Positions 38,245 to 47,799 of a DNA stretch of 64,000 nucleotides are shown one piece after another; position 1 is the stretch's first letter; each line of letters begins with the position of its first letter. Source of the stretch: a virus; IMG/VR virus record IMGVR_UViG_3300027976_000006, positions 64,001 through 128,000 of that record. One strand, given 5' to 3'. Position numbers and translations under genes: made by a program. The notes beneath the pieces are model-generated. The model was not told where the DNA came from, ran no database searches, and saw only the letters and a list, made by a program, of their open reading frames with translations.

Positions 38245-41200
38245 ATGTTGAACACAACCGTTGGGCAATTGTTGATTAATGATGTACTCCCCGAAGAGAT
38301 GAGAGACTCGCACCGTGTGTTAGATAAGAAGGGGTTGCAATCTTTATTACAACAAGTGGCGCAACAATACCCAGAACGCTATCGAGATATTTCTTTTCAG
38401 CTAAGCCAGCTAGGTCAAAGCATGGCGCAGCAGCAGGGTGGTATGTCGTTTGGTCTGCGACATCTGCAAGTAAGTAAAGCGGCTATGGCATCTCGGCAGA
38501 AAGTTAAAGTTTCACTTGCTAATATACTAGCGGACGACACATTGACGGACCGCCAACGAAATGACCAGATTATTCTTGCTGTTGGCAAGGAAAGTCCCGA
38601 GCAACAAAAGCAAGTTCTGGCAGAAGCATTAAAAGACAAAAACCCGCTTGGGCTGCAGGTGATGTCGGGAACCCGCGGTAAGTCGATGAACCTAACTAGT
38701 CTGCTGGGTTCGGATATGTTGTATTCTGACCAGCGTGACGAAGTGATTCCGATTCCTGTATTGCACAGTTATAGCGAGGGGTTGTCACCTGCGGAATATT
38801 GGGCTGGAACTTACGGGGCGCGCAAAGGGATTATGGCAACTAAGTTTGCCACACAAGAAGCTGGTTTTTTTAACAAGCAGCTAAACCAAACTAGTCATCG
38901 TCTTGTGGTTACGGGAGAGGATGCCGAGGAGGACAAAGACGCACCTATTCGTGGCTTGGTGGTAGACACCGAAGATGCGGATAACGAAGGTGCTTTATTG
39001 GCCCGTGACGCAGGTCCTTACGCACGCAATACCCCACTTACCCCGAAAATACTAAACCATTTACAACGGCTAGGGCACCCTAGAATTTTGGTACGCTCCC
39101 CGCTAGTTGGTGGTTCTCCCGAGGGTGGTGTTTATTCTAGAGATGTAGGTATTAGGGAAACAGGAAGGTTGCCGGGTATTGGGGAGCAAGTTGGGTTGCA
39201 GGCTGCACACGCTCTAAGTGAACCGATCAGCCAAGGGCAACTATCTGCAAAGCATTCTGGTGGGGTTGCGGGGCAAGAAAAAGCTGTAAGCGGGTTTCAA
39301 TATTTAAACCAATTAGTGCAGGTTCCTAAGAAAATGCAAGGCGGGGCAGCCCATTCCCTTACAGATGGCACGGTGCAGCGGATTGAGGCAGCTCCAGCGG
39401 GTGGTAGCTATGTGACCATCGGGGATAAAAGACATTATGTAGGAGTAGGGTATGAGCTTAAAGTTAAAAAAGGAGACGAAGTAGAAGCTGGTGATGTAAT
39501 TAGTACGGGGATTCCTAACCCCGCAACTATTACAGAGCATAAAGGAATTGGGGAAGGTCGGCGATATTTCGTTAACGAATTTCGTAAGGCTATGGGTGAC
39601 AGCGGAATGTTCGGACATCGGCGTAATGTTGAAGTGTTGGCAAGGGGGCTTATCAACCACGTAAGGTTGACGGAAGAAACTGACGATAACGTTCCTGATG
39701 ATATTGTACCTTATTCAACGCTTGAGCACACTTATAAGCCGCGGGCAGACTATCAGCGATTAACGCCCAAGCGTGCGTTAGGTCAATATCTTGAACGACC
39801 TGTGCTGCATTACACCATAGGCACCAAGATTCAACCCTCGATGCTTAAGAATTTTGAAGAATTTAAAGTTAATGAAATTCCAGTGCACAAGAACCCTCCT
39901 CCATTTGTGCCACAGATGGTACGTGGGTTGTATCAAATGCAGCACGACCCCGATTGGATGACACAAATGTATGGGTCTGGGCTGAAGAAAAGTTTTTTAG
40001 ACTCGGTTACGCATGGTGCAGTTAGCGAAGAGCGAGGTACAAGCTTTGTGCCGAGTTTGGCCTTGGGGCTTAATTTTGGTGAAGGCAGTGATCGTGCCGT
40101 AATAAAGCCGAAGTCTGGGGCAACTCCTCCTTTTTTTGGTGGCAGTTTTACTCCGGGTCAAACTAAATTTGCAGCAGATACTCCGAATGTCTCTGCCCCG
40201 CCTTCTGCTTCTAAACCGCCTGCTGTTTCTACCCCACCTAGAACTTTAGCTCCGGGCACAAACATTATGCCGACAGCACCGACACCTGTAAAAGCACCTA
40301 CACCTGCTCCGACATACTCGAACTCTAACGCAAATCAATTTAGTAATTTAATGCATAGTAATTCTCCCTTTGCTCAACAAACCGGGCAGGCGTTGAATCA
40401 AATGAATCCATTACACGCAATGATGATGTTGGGGGGGATGGCTAATAATAATAATAATAATAATATGTCTAGTAATATAATGAATGGGTTTGGCGGGCAA
40501 AATAATGGTGGAATGTTTAATATGTTTAATGGGGGGCAAAATAATAACGGGCAAAATAGCGGAGGAATGTTCAATAATATGTTTAATATGCCCAGCTCGT
40601 ACGATTCGGAATCTAACATGCCTGCTGAGCCTGTAACTGAAAGCCCATATGTCTCGGCTCAAGGTCCAGTAAGTAATACTGCCTCTGGTGCTGCGTATGA
40701 CACCGCAGCAAAGGGGGTAGGTGCGGGATATTCAGCAGTAGCAAATAAATTTTCAAGTCCTCCTATCTCATCTAATATTATGCCTCCGCCGTTGCCTAGA
40801 ACACCTCCTCCGATACCCGCTAAGCTTCCTCCGATACCCGGAATGACTCCTCCTCCGATACCAGGAATGACTCCTCTTCCGCTGCCTGGGGTTAAACCTC
40901 TGGCTGGTATGCTCAGTAAAGCCACTTCAATAGGTGGTACAGGTTTAAAGTTAGTAAGTAAAGCGGCACTGCCACTATCTGTGGCTCTGGACACAATAAA
41001 CGTCGGGCAAGACATATACAACAAAGGTTGGGATAATACAACTAACGACGCAGCACAAAAATGGCGAGATATACTTTCGGCCAAGGATGGGCTACATACC
41101 TTGTATCAAGCTCCATTACAAGTTCTAAACCCTGTGGCTAATGCACAATTAATTGCTGGCGGGGCAACACAGACTGCCCAGATGGTAGGAGAAAAAGCAC

Positions 41201-41865
41201 AAGAAGGGCTAACCCATGCGTATGACAAAGTAACGGGTACGGATACTCGTTCTCGTAATTTTGCAGAGGACAAGACACAAGTTAAAAACATGGAGTTAGA
41301 AAATCAAAGAGATTTAGAAGGACAAAGAGCACTAAATAAGCCGAATCCAAATCTACCCCCAGATAGGTTAGCTTTAAATACGCAAGAAAATGCCCGTCTT
41401 GATGCTAAAATACAAGATTCTAAAACGAGGCAAGGAAATACGGCGGATGAAACTGCAAACTGGAGGCTAGGCCAGCAAAATTGGTTTGGCAGTGGTGGCC
41501 ACAAATTTAGGGATGCTATGCAAAATTCGATTACTAATTCAGCTGCCGAATTGCAGGGTTTAAATAACGGAGGCACACTAGATGCAGGGCAGCAGGCTAG
41601 GAAAGAACAGTTAGAAAACGGACAAGCACAGCGTAAACAAATGATCGGTACTTACGATCGGGAGGGCGGGGCATCTGGTAAAGGTTTGTTTAGTACAGAT
41701 ATGCGCAACCGGGTTAGCAGTCTTAAGGAAAATATTGTGCAGGTCGGTTCACAACTTAGAGACCCCAACCTTCCTCCGGACCAAAAAGCAAAATTAGAGG
41801 CACAATTAAAAAATAATAATGAAATGTTAGAAGAATATCGAGGATGGGCAGAAAGTTCTAAATAA
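38245..41865 (+). CDS. RNA polymerase beta' C-terminal half (aa 1-~625) plus ~560 aa non-RNAP tail
   Basis: TTVGQ, SGTRG, EGLSPAEY..GARKG bridge helix, GEQVG..ALSEPISQ..KHSGG trigger loop, NVEVLAR. Confidence 0.92.
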   Translation: MLNTTVGQLLINDVLPEEMRDSHRVLDKKGLQSLLQQVAQQYPERYRDISFQLSQLGQSMAQQQGGMSFGLRHLQVSKAAMASRQKVKVSLANILADDTLTDRQRNDQIILAVGKESPEQQKQVLAEALKDKNPLGLQVMSGTRGKSMNLTSLLGSDMLYSDQRDEVIPIPVLHSYSEGLSPAEYWAGTYGARKGIMATKFATQEAGFFNKQLNQTSHRLVVTGEDAEEDKDAPIRGLVVDTEDADNEGALLARDAGPYARNTPLTPKILNHLQRLGHPRILVRSPLVGGSPEGGVYSRDVGIRETGRLPGIGEQVGLQAAHALSEPISQGQLSAKHSGGVAGQEKAVSGFQYLNQLVQVPKKMQGGAAHSLTDGTVQRIEAAPAGGSYVTIGDKRHYVGVGYELKVKKGDEVEAGDVISTGIPNPATITEHKGIGEGRRYFVNEFRKAMGDSGMFGHRRNVEVLARGLINHVRLTEETDDNVPDDIVPYSTLEHTYKPRADYQRLTPKRALGQYLERPVLHYTIGTKIQPSMLKNFEEFKVNEIPVHKNPPPFVPQMVRGLYQMQHDPDWMTQMYGSGLKKSFLDSVTHGAVSEERGTSFVPSLALGLNFGEGSDRAVIKPKSGATPPFFGGSFTPGQTKFAADTPNVSAPPSASKPPAVSTPPRTLAPGTNIMPTAPTPVKAPTPAPTYSNSNANQFSNLMHSNSPFAQQTGQALNQMNPLHAMMMLGGMANNNNNNNMSSNIMNGFGGQNNGGMFNMFNGGQNNNGQNSGGMFNNMFNMPSSYDSESNMPAEPVTESPYVSAQGPVSNTASGAAYDTAAKGVGAGYSAVANKFSSPPISSNIMPPPLPRTPPPIPAKLPPIPGMTPPPIPGMTPLPLPGVKPLAGMLSKATSIGGTGLKLVSKAALPLSVALDTINVGQDIYNKGWDNTTNDAAQKWRDILSAKDGLHTLYQAPLQVLNPVANAQLIAGGATQTAQMVGEKAQEGLTHAYDKVTGTDTRSRNFAEDKTQVKNMELENQRDLEGQRALNKPNPNLPPDRLALNTQENARLDAKIQDSKTRQGNTADETANWRLGQQNWFGSGGHKFRDAMQNSITNSAAELQGLNNGGTLDAGQQARKEQLENGQAQRKQMIGTYDREGGASGKGLFSTDMRNRVSSLKENIVQVGSQLRDPNLPPDQKAKLEAQLKNNNEMLEEYRGWAESSK

Positions 41866-41955
41866 TATTAATAAGGTGTTTGTATTGCGGTATAAGCCAC
41901 TATATGGCTAAACTACTTTAATAACTTTAAGCTTCAGATAACTTAGGAGGACTCT

Positions 41956-42225
41956 ATGGGGAATAAACCGCTGCTTGGCGGGCTTGACATAAAGTATGCT
42001 GCCGCATATCTGCTGCCCCCATCTACCTCGGAGTTCGGTGAAGATAAAAAGAAAAAGAAAAAGAAAATACAAGCAGAGGACGAGGGTGCTGCTGTGGAGA
42101 AAATGGCAGCCACCTACGGGGATGCCATTGTTGGCGCACGCTTATCCTTGGTTAGACAGCAGATGCGTTCTGGCGATCTAGGCGGCGGGTGGCATCCAGA
42201 TAATCAAATTAATCCGATTAAGTAG
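41956..42225 (+). CDS. small KxA-containing protein with poly-Lys
   Basis: AGGAGG RBS; KYA, K7, KMA. Confidence 0.6.
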   Translation: MGNKPLLGGLDIKYAAAYLLPPSTSEFGEDKKKKKKKIQAEDEGAAVEKMAATYGDAIVGARLSLVRQQMRSGDLGGGWHPDNQINPIK

Positions 42226-42245
42226 CACAATCAAGGAATGTCCTT

Positions 42246-44720
42246 ATGGAAATGCCTAAGCAGAGTAATTCAATAAAGAACGCCAGCATAGGCGGTAAAG
42301 GCGGGGAGACGGAATTTGCCCAGGCTTTTTCCAGCTTAGCCTATGCATACCTAAAAGACAAGGCACCACGACTTCTTGACTATATGTTGGGTTTTCAGCT
42401 AATTGATCGCAATGAAGATAATACTAAAGCAGTTGGTGTTTTTGGTTTCCAGCTCGACAAACAGTGGCTTTATGCCCCTGTATTTTTTTTAAACGGCGAT
42501 TTAAAAGGGCATGAGTTGCTATACGTAAAAAACAATGATTCATTTGTTCCGATGAAAGAAAACTGGATTAACTATCTGATGAGTCGAAAGCCTCATATTT
42601 TAGGCGAACCTTCAGTAAACAAATTGCAAGAGCTTGGTGGGATTGCTCCTGACATTAATTCGTTGTCCTTGTCACCTACCGGCAACAAGAACGCAAGTGA
42701 CATATATTGGCTTCGTCCAGTGCTACCCATGCTGGCAGCTTTTAAAGTAAAACTTGCTAACTCCTTGTATCGAGGAGCGGGCAATCGGCAGCTTGATCAA
42801 AAGGCGATTGTTCGATCGCCATTTACGGCTGCATTAGCCAAGACTGCTTCAAATCTGGATTTTAACCAAGTTCTGCCTAAAAGTCTCTTACTGCTTGAAG
42901 CTGCCTATGACTTAGCCGAGCGGTACCCTGCCATCAAAAAAGCTACTTGTGATTTTTACGGAGCTAACTGTTTTTCACGCTGGGGGAAAGAATTTAGAAG
43001 CAATACGATCAAGCAAGCTAGCAGCATTCTTTATTCACCTACCACGGTCACACTTACATCTACTAATTTGTTAAGCGGGGCAGCACAATCGAGGCCTACC
43101 ATCGATCACATTAAAGAAGGCAAGCTACAAGTCGTTACTTCCGTAACTTCGGATCAAGGCGGGCTGGATACTAAAGACCAAGAGAACTTATTGCAGGGCA
43201 AGATAGTTATTAAGGATAGGCGAGAAGATGCAGAAGTAAGTAAAGTCTATGCAACAGAAAACGAGATTAGACTTTTCAATCCTTCTGAAACCGAACTGTA
43301 CTCTGTACTGGAGAAGTCTGGAGAATTTAGCAAAATGCTGGTGGTGTTAAACGGGATTAGCAGCCGCGGCGCTGAATATATGACCACAGTAATACGCATA
43401 GACGATAAGGATAGTCAGAACAAAAGTTGGTTAAACGCAGACAATACGGCAGTTTTTGCTACGCAAGTTTCCATGGACAAAAATGATTGGAAAGATTGGT
43501 TCGATGGTTTATCCTCCGAGACTGACTTAGCCGAGGAGGCTGAATATATTGCGATAAACGCCACCCATTCCGCCACTGCTCCTTTTCATGTACTCACCGA
43601 TATGGGAGATGGGCAATATAAAGTAGATTTTCGCATAAGTAAAGATTATCTATCTTCTCGTGACTCGCTGCTGCCACAGGTACAATCGCGCTACGCTAGC
43701 GGGGGCGACAACCGCACTCGCGGTGTGACTCTAATTGTGGGTAAACAGGATAAACCAGGGCTTAGACTTCGACCCCTGTCCAGCGAACTGTGCGTGCCTG
43801 CATCTTTTAAATTTATTAAACTGTCTGATGGTTCTTCCTCTGGCTTTTTTGGTAGTTGCGGTTGTTCTCCTTTGGACGAAGATTCAAACCCAATTAAGTT
43901 AGGTAGCTTAAGCGACATTCAACGATTGCTGGTTGAAAAAACAGCCAGGCTTAAAGTGTTCAATAACGGAACTGACGTCTACCTGGATTCGGTTATTGGC
44001 TCTGTGCAGTTAAGTAAAAAGGCAGCATTATGCCAGCTGGTCGCCACACATGGCCTACGCGAAAAAGCAGCCATGGACATGCTGAAAAAAGCGGAGCAGA
44101 AAGGACATGCTGTTTATCGTGTTCGATATGCCCCAGGTTATGGGGCCGAAAAGCAAGCTGCTCCAAATACCAGTGTGCTAGCTGGTGGCCCTACTTTCCC
44201 GCTTGATACTGAATCAAATAACGATGGTAGTGAGACTTATGGCCCTAGCACTTCTGTCCGAACCCAGACTAGTACGGAAAAAACTTCGCCCATACCTTCA
44301 TTAAGCGGGCGTAACACAAATAGGTCCAAGTGGGACAACTGGCAAAACTTCGAGGCTAAGGATTTTAAGCAAAATCTGCAGGCGGCACAAGTCGCGGGCA
44401 AGGAAGGGCAGAAAGAAGTGTTTGATGTTTCGATGATGGCTGGTATGTTAAAAACAGTGCGACAAGATTCAATTGTAGACCGCCACTTAGGTGATTTAAT
44501 GTCGGCGTTAGATTCGCTAGGTCGTTTGATAATGAATTTCTACTGGCACCAGGAAGAATTTGAAGATCGGTATGGCAAAAGTGATCTTCCGGAGTTGGAA
44601 GATAGTTTGCGTAACGCTTTTGAATCTCTTGGGGATATCACACTTTTCTTAAAAGAAAAAACCATAGAATCGTCGGCGGATAAAGGTGATATTAACTTAG
44701 ATGAAGTTTCAAGGAACTAA
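42246..44720 (+). CDS. large putative inner-head/core protein
   Basis: 824 aa, many KxA sites, start of head module. Confidence 0.55.
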   Translation: MEMPKQSNSIKNASIGGKGGETEFAQAFSSLAYAYLKDKAPRLLDYMLGFQLIDRNEDNTKAVGVFGFQLDKQWLYAPVFFLNGDLKGHELLYVKNNDSFVPMKENWINYLMSRKPHILGEPSVNKLQELGGIAPDINSLSLSPTGNKNASDIYWLRPVLPMLAAFKVKLANSLYRGAGNRQLDQKAIVRSPFTAALAKTASNLDFNQVLPKSLLLLEAAYDLAERYPAIKKATCDFYGANCFSRWGKEFRSNTIKQASSILYSPTTVTLTSTNLLSGAAQSRPTIDHIKEGKLQVVTSVTSDQGGLDTKDQENLLQGKIVIKDRREDAEVSKVYATENEIRLFNPSETELYSVLEKSGEFSKMLVVLNGISSRGAEYMTTVIRIDDKDSQNKSWLNADNTAVFATQVSMDKNDWKDWFDGLSSETDLAEEAEYIAINATHSATAPFHVLTDMGDGQYKVDFRISKDYLSSRDSLLPQVQSRYASGGDNRTRGVTLIVGKQDKPGLRLRPLSSELCVPASFKFIKLSDGSSSGFFGSCGCSPLDEDSNPIKLGSLSDIQRLLVEKTARLKVFNNGTDVYLDSVIGSVQLSKKAALCQLVATHGLREKAAMDMLKKAEQKGHAVYRVRYAPGYGAEKQAAPNTSVLAGGPTFPLDTESNNDGSETYGPSTSVRTQTSTEKTSPIPSLSGRNTNRSKWDNWQNFEAKDFKQNLQAAQVAGKEGQKEVFDVSMMAGMLKTVRQDSIVDRHLGDLMSALDSLGRLIMNFYWHQEEFEDRYGKSDLPELEDSLRNAFESLGDITLFLKEKTIESSADKGDINLDEVSRN

Positions 44721-44723
44721 ACT

Positions 44724-45407
44724 ATGTCTTCAGAATATTCTCGTGTTGTTGCGTTTTACGGTAGCTCCGCTGCCGTTACAAGCCTAGAACTTCCTGCTTT
44801 TACGAATGGATCGCTGGAGCGTGTTATTATTATTCAAACTAATCCTTCGGTGGCGGTTGGATCTGGTTCTTTTAAAATCTATGACCGCAAAGCTGCTTGT
44901 ATAGGCTTGACTGATCTAAATGTAAAAGCTTCGGGGACTGTTTCGAGTGTATCGACTAGCTCTACCGGTGTAATCACTTTAGTGTCTAACATTTCGCATA
45001 ATTTAGGCATAGCTGATACATTTTTTATTAAGGATTGTGCAGATCCCGCATACAACCTTGACTATCAAGTTACGGCTATAAACTCCAACACTTCAGTGAC
45101 GATTTCTCCTGTAGGGGGGACACCAGCTAATTCTTCGACAGCTAGTAGCGGAGTTTGGCAAACATACCCGTTCGATGCCCGAACTTCTCCGGCTACTAAC
45201 TTAATTTATTCTGGAACGATAACCGCTGGAGTTACTTTTCAACAGTTCAGCTTAGGGCGAGCTTATGAAAATAAAGATAACCAAGACATTAACCTACGGT
45301 GTCGGCACACGGGTCTTTGGTTGGAATTCACGCCCGCGACTCTATCGCCCGTAGCCACATTAAACTGGGAAATCGCTTACACCTGCAAAAAAAATAATGT
45401 CGATTAG
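44724..45407 (+). CDS. beta-rich virion protein with FCCH-like insert
   Basis: SHNLGIADTFFI..AYNLDYQVTAI pattern typical of phage structural proteins. Confidence 0.5.
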   Translation: MSSEYSRVVAFYGSSAAVTSLELPAFTNGSLERVIIIQTNPSVAVGSGSFKIYDRKAACIGLTDLNVKASGTVSSVSTSSTGVITLVSNISHNLGIADTFFIKDCADPAYNLDYQVTAINSNTSVTISPVGGTPANSSTASSGVWQTYPFDARTSPATNLIYSGTITAGVTFQQFSLGRAYENKDNQDINLRCRHTGLWLEFTPATLSPVATLNWEIAYTCKKNNVD

Positions 45408-45413
45408 GAGTCA

Positions 45414-46436
45414 TTGTTGAAAAGTTACAAGGATGTGCGTCTAGCTGACCCGTTTCTTCGCCCTTACTGGAGGCACGAGCGTGTACTTCGCATGCTTCGC
45501 AGCGTTCCACCGGAGCGTTGTAAACGATTTGATGATCGCTGGATTCAAGAATATAAAAAGTTTTTGTTTTTTTGGAATAAAGGCGAAGCCCAGCGGGAAC
45601 GACTTCTCTATGAAAATCCAGGCTTGTACTTCGCCTATAATTTATACGACAGGCTGGCGATTGAACCCGAGCTGACCTTGATGATTGAAGCCAGGCTGTT
45701 AGCTGGGTCTTCTGTCCAAAGCATTGCTAATGACTGCAAGACCATACCAGAAACCATTGAATGGTACGAACGACTATTTTTTAATGTGTCTGATTTCTTG
45801 ACTCACCACGATTGGATCGTAAAAAATGTATTGTTGCCCGCGTCTGACCGTTTTGTAGAACAACTACCTCCGGACAGTGCTGGGTCAACGCAGCCGGCTA
45901 TGTCTTCTGGGCTAATGCGCACACAATTAGATTTACCTTTGAAATTCTTTGCGTATTTTGGTGGTCCTTTAGTTTGCGATGTCATGATTAGCGGGTTTCG
46001 ACGCAACAATCATGTATTAACCTCAGATAATTTGTCTGAATTTTTTAACAATCAATTTGCACTTCAAGTGCAGCGGCGCAGTGCGCAAGCCGCAGGACAG
46101 TTTGAGGTCAACAAGTATAATGTATTGGAACTTCTTAACACGCATATCAGGTTGATGGAATTGCATAAATCCGGCAAGAGTCAAGAAGTGCGACATAACG
46201 AATTTGAAAAAAATGTAAGTGCAATGATGCTGGAAATTCCTTGGAGTGTAGGTAAAAACGGAGAACAGCTATATCAAGGAACCGCTGTTGGTAGGTACGA
46301 TAAAGGGCCAGTTGAGTTGAATTCAGAAGAAGCTATTTTAATCGCCGCTGGAACTAACTTACCCGTACTGGAACATGACGAAGGTATCGATGTTTACAAA
46401 CGGGGGGAGACGGATACACATGCAACCATTGAATAA
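45414..46436 (+). CDS. hypothetical protein in head module
   Basis: 340 aa ORF. Confidence 0.7.
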   Translation: MLKSYKDVRLADPFLRPYWRHERVLRMLRSVPPERCKRFDDRWIQEYKKFLFFWNKGEAQRERLLYENPGLYFAYNLYDRLAIEPELTLMIEARLLAGSSVQSIANDCKTIPETIEWYERLFFNVSDFLTHHDWIVKNVLLPASDRFVEQLPPDSAGSTQPAMSSGLMRTQLDLPLKFFAYFGGPLVCDVMISGFRRNNHVLTSDNLSEFFNNQFALQVQRRSAQAAGQFEVNKYNVLELLNTHIRLMELHKSGKSQEVRHNEFEKNVSAMMLEIPWSVGKNGEQLYQGTAVGRYDKGPVELNSEEAILIAAGTNLPVLEHDEGIDVYKRGETDTHATIE

Positions 46437-47799
46437 GGCAGATGAACAGCAGCTACTAGCTGGCGTAAAAAAGGCTGTGGACTTGGTTGATAACCAAAAC
46501 ATAGATCCTACCGATGCCATGTATCAAGTAGCAAAATCTATGCAGTTTTCTCCCGGATTTTTAAAAGCAGCTTGCAACGCTTTTAACACAGGGAGACAGC
46601 TCGCCCAGTGGAACGCTAATGATTCTGCGCTGGATAAGCTGGCTAGTTTTACTTTGGCAGATTACTCGACAGTACACGACAGAATCTGGGGACAAAAAGT
46701 AGAAAAAGTTGCTTCAGTATCTAATTTTTTACCTGTCTTTGATTCTTACGAAGAACAAGCAAGACAGCAGTTTCTCCGCGCGGATTTAACTACGCTGGAA
46801 AAATCGGCAGCTGAAGTGCAACAGCACCCGTTAGCGCTGGAAGAGTACGCTGGAAACAAAGTCACAAAAAACTACTCAAACTACGACTATTGCCGGCGTA
46901 TGGCCGAAGAAGCTAGGCGAGAAAAATCAGCAAACGAAGACAGATTAAACCTTAAGCTACATCTGCTGGAAAATTATTTCCGTAAGTTTGCCCAGGATCG
47001 GGTGCCGTTGGCACAAGTAGAACATGCTGTTTCAGTTTGTCGTGGCGCGGTGGGTAAGACACTTATGGACCACGTGGCGGGGAAATTTCAAAAAGAAAAA
47101 AGAGCAGCAGATCACAAAGCTAGCTGGGTAGGTTTTCAGCAAGAAGTCGACTGGAAAAAAGAACCTTACACATTAATCGATGCCACAATAAAACAAGCTA
47201 GAGATTACTACAAGTCTGCGCTGGCACTGCAAAATCTAGAGATTAAAGCGGCAGAAGCTAAAGAAATTACTACTTCTTTTTATCGCCCTTATGTACCCAG
47301 CTATCCGGATAGCCGGCCTCCTTCTGTTAATCTTATGGAAGAAAAACGAGGGGCGGCACTTGCAAGCGGATTAGGGGGAGGACTAGGATTAGGATTAGCA
47401 AGCAGCATCGCTGGTTTGGCACGGGATTCCCACGACAAACTAGTAGACAAACAAATAAGGGAGTTAGATGCCCCTGACCATTTAAACGAGTTGCGAAAAA
47501 TCAGGGCACAGACGGTACTCACTCAACTAATGAGTGATCCTGAAAATCCTTTAAGCCAATACGATCCAGAGGAAGTACTGGGTAAATACAATGAAATGGT
47601 GCAATTATCCCCAAGACTTGCAGATCAATCTGCAAGCATTGGACCTTTGTTAAACAAACGAATGCTTGGTAATACGGAACCTTTTGAAATTTCTGAGCTG
47701 TTGAAAATGGAAGAAAGTGCCAAGAAAACTCAGACTTCACCTTCTCGTGACGATAACCAAATAGGAAACGCGCAAAATGGCAGCATTATCGCTAAGTAG
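46420..47799 (+). CDS. helical inner-head protein with many KxA sites and a Cys-free glycine-zipper C-terminal module
   Basis: KLA, KVA, KSA, KFA, KRA, KQA, KRG; GGAG RBS before ATG 46420. Confidence 0.6.
   Translation: MQPLNKADEQQLLAGVKKAVDLVDNQNIDPTDAMYQVAKSMQFSPGFLKAACNAFNTGRQLAQWNANDSALDKLASFTLADYSTVHDRIWGQKVEKVASVSNFLPVFDSYEEQARQQFLRADLTTLEKSAAEVQQHPLALEEYAGNKVTKNYSNYDYCRRMAEEARREKSANEDRLNLKLHLLENYFRKFAQDRVPLAQVEHAVSVCRGAVGKTLMDHVAGKFQKEKRAADHKASWVGFQQEVDWKKEPYTLIDATIKQARDYYKSALALQNLEIKAAEAKEITTSFYRPYVPSYPDSRPPSVNLMEEKRGAALASGLGGGLGLGLASSIAGLARDSHDKLVDKQIRELDAPDHLNELRKIRAQTVLTQLMSDPENPLSQYDPEEVLGKYNEMVQLSPRLADQSASIGPLLNKRMLGNTEPFEISELLKMEESAKKTQTSPSRDDNQIGNAQNGSIIAK

Noticed and set aside
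32078-41865. Cellular rpoBC operon
   Set aside because: No ribosomal protein neighbours, zinc sites lost, strong divergence, embedded among virion genes
42246-44720. Chimallin (phage nucleus shell)
   Set aside because: No recognisable similarity; KxA-rich and located in the head module, so more likely a core protein. Needs a structural search
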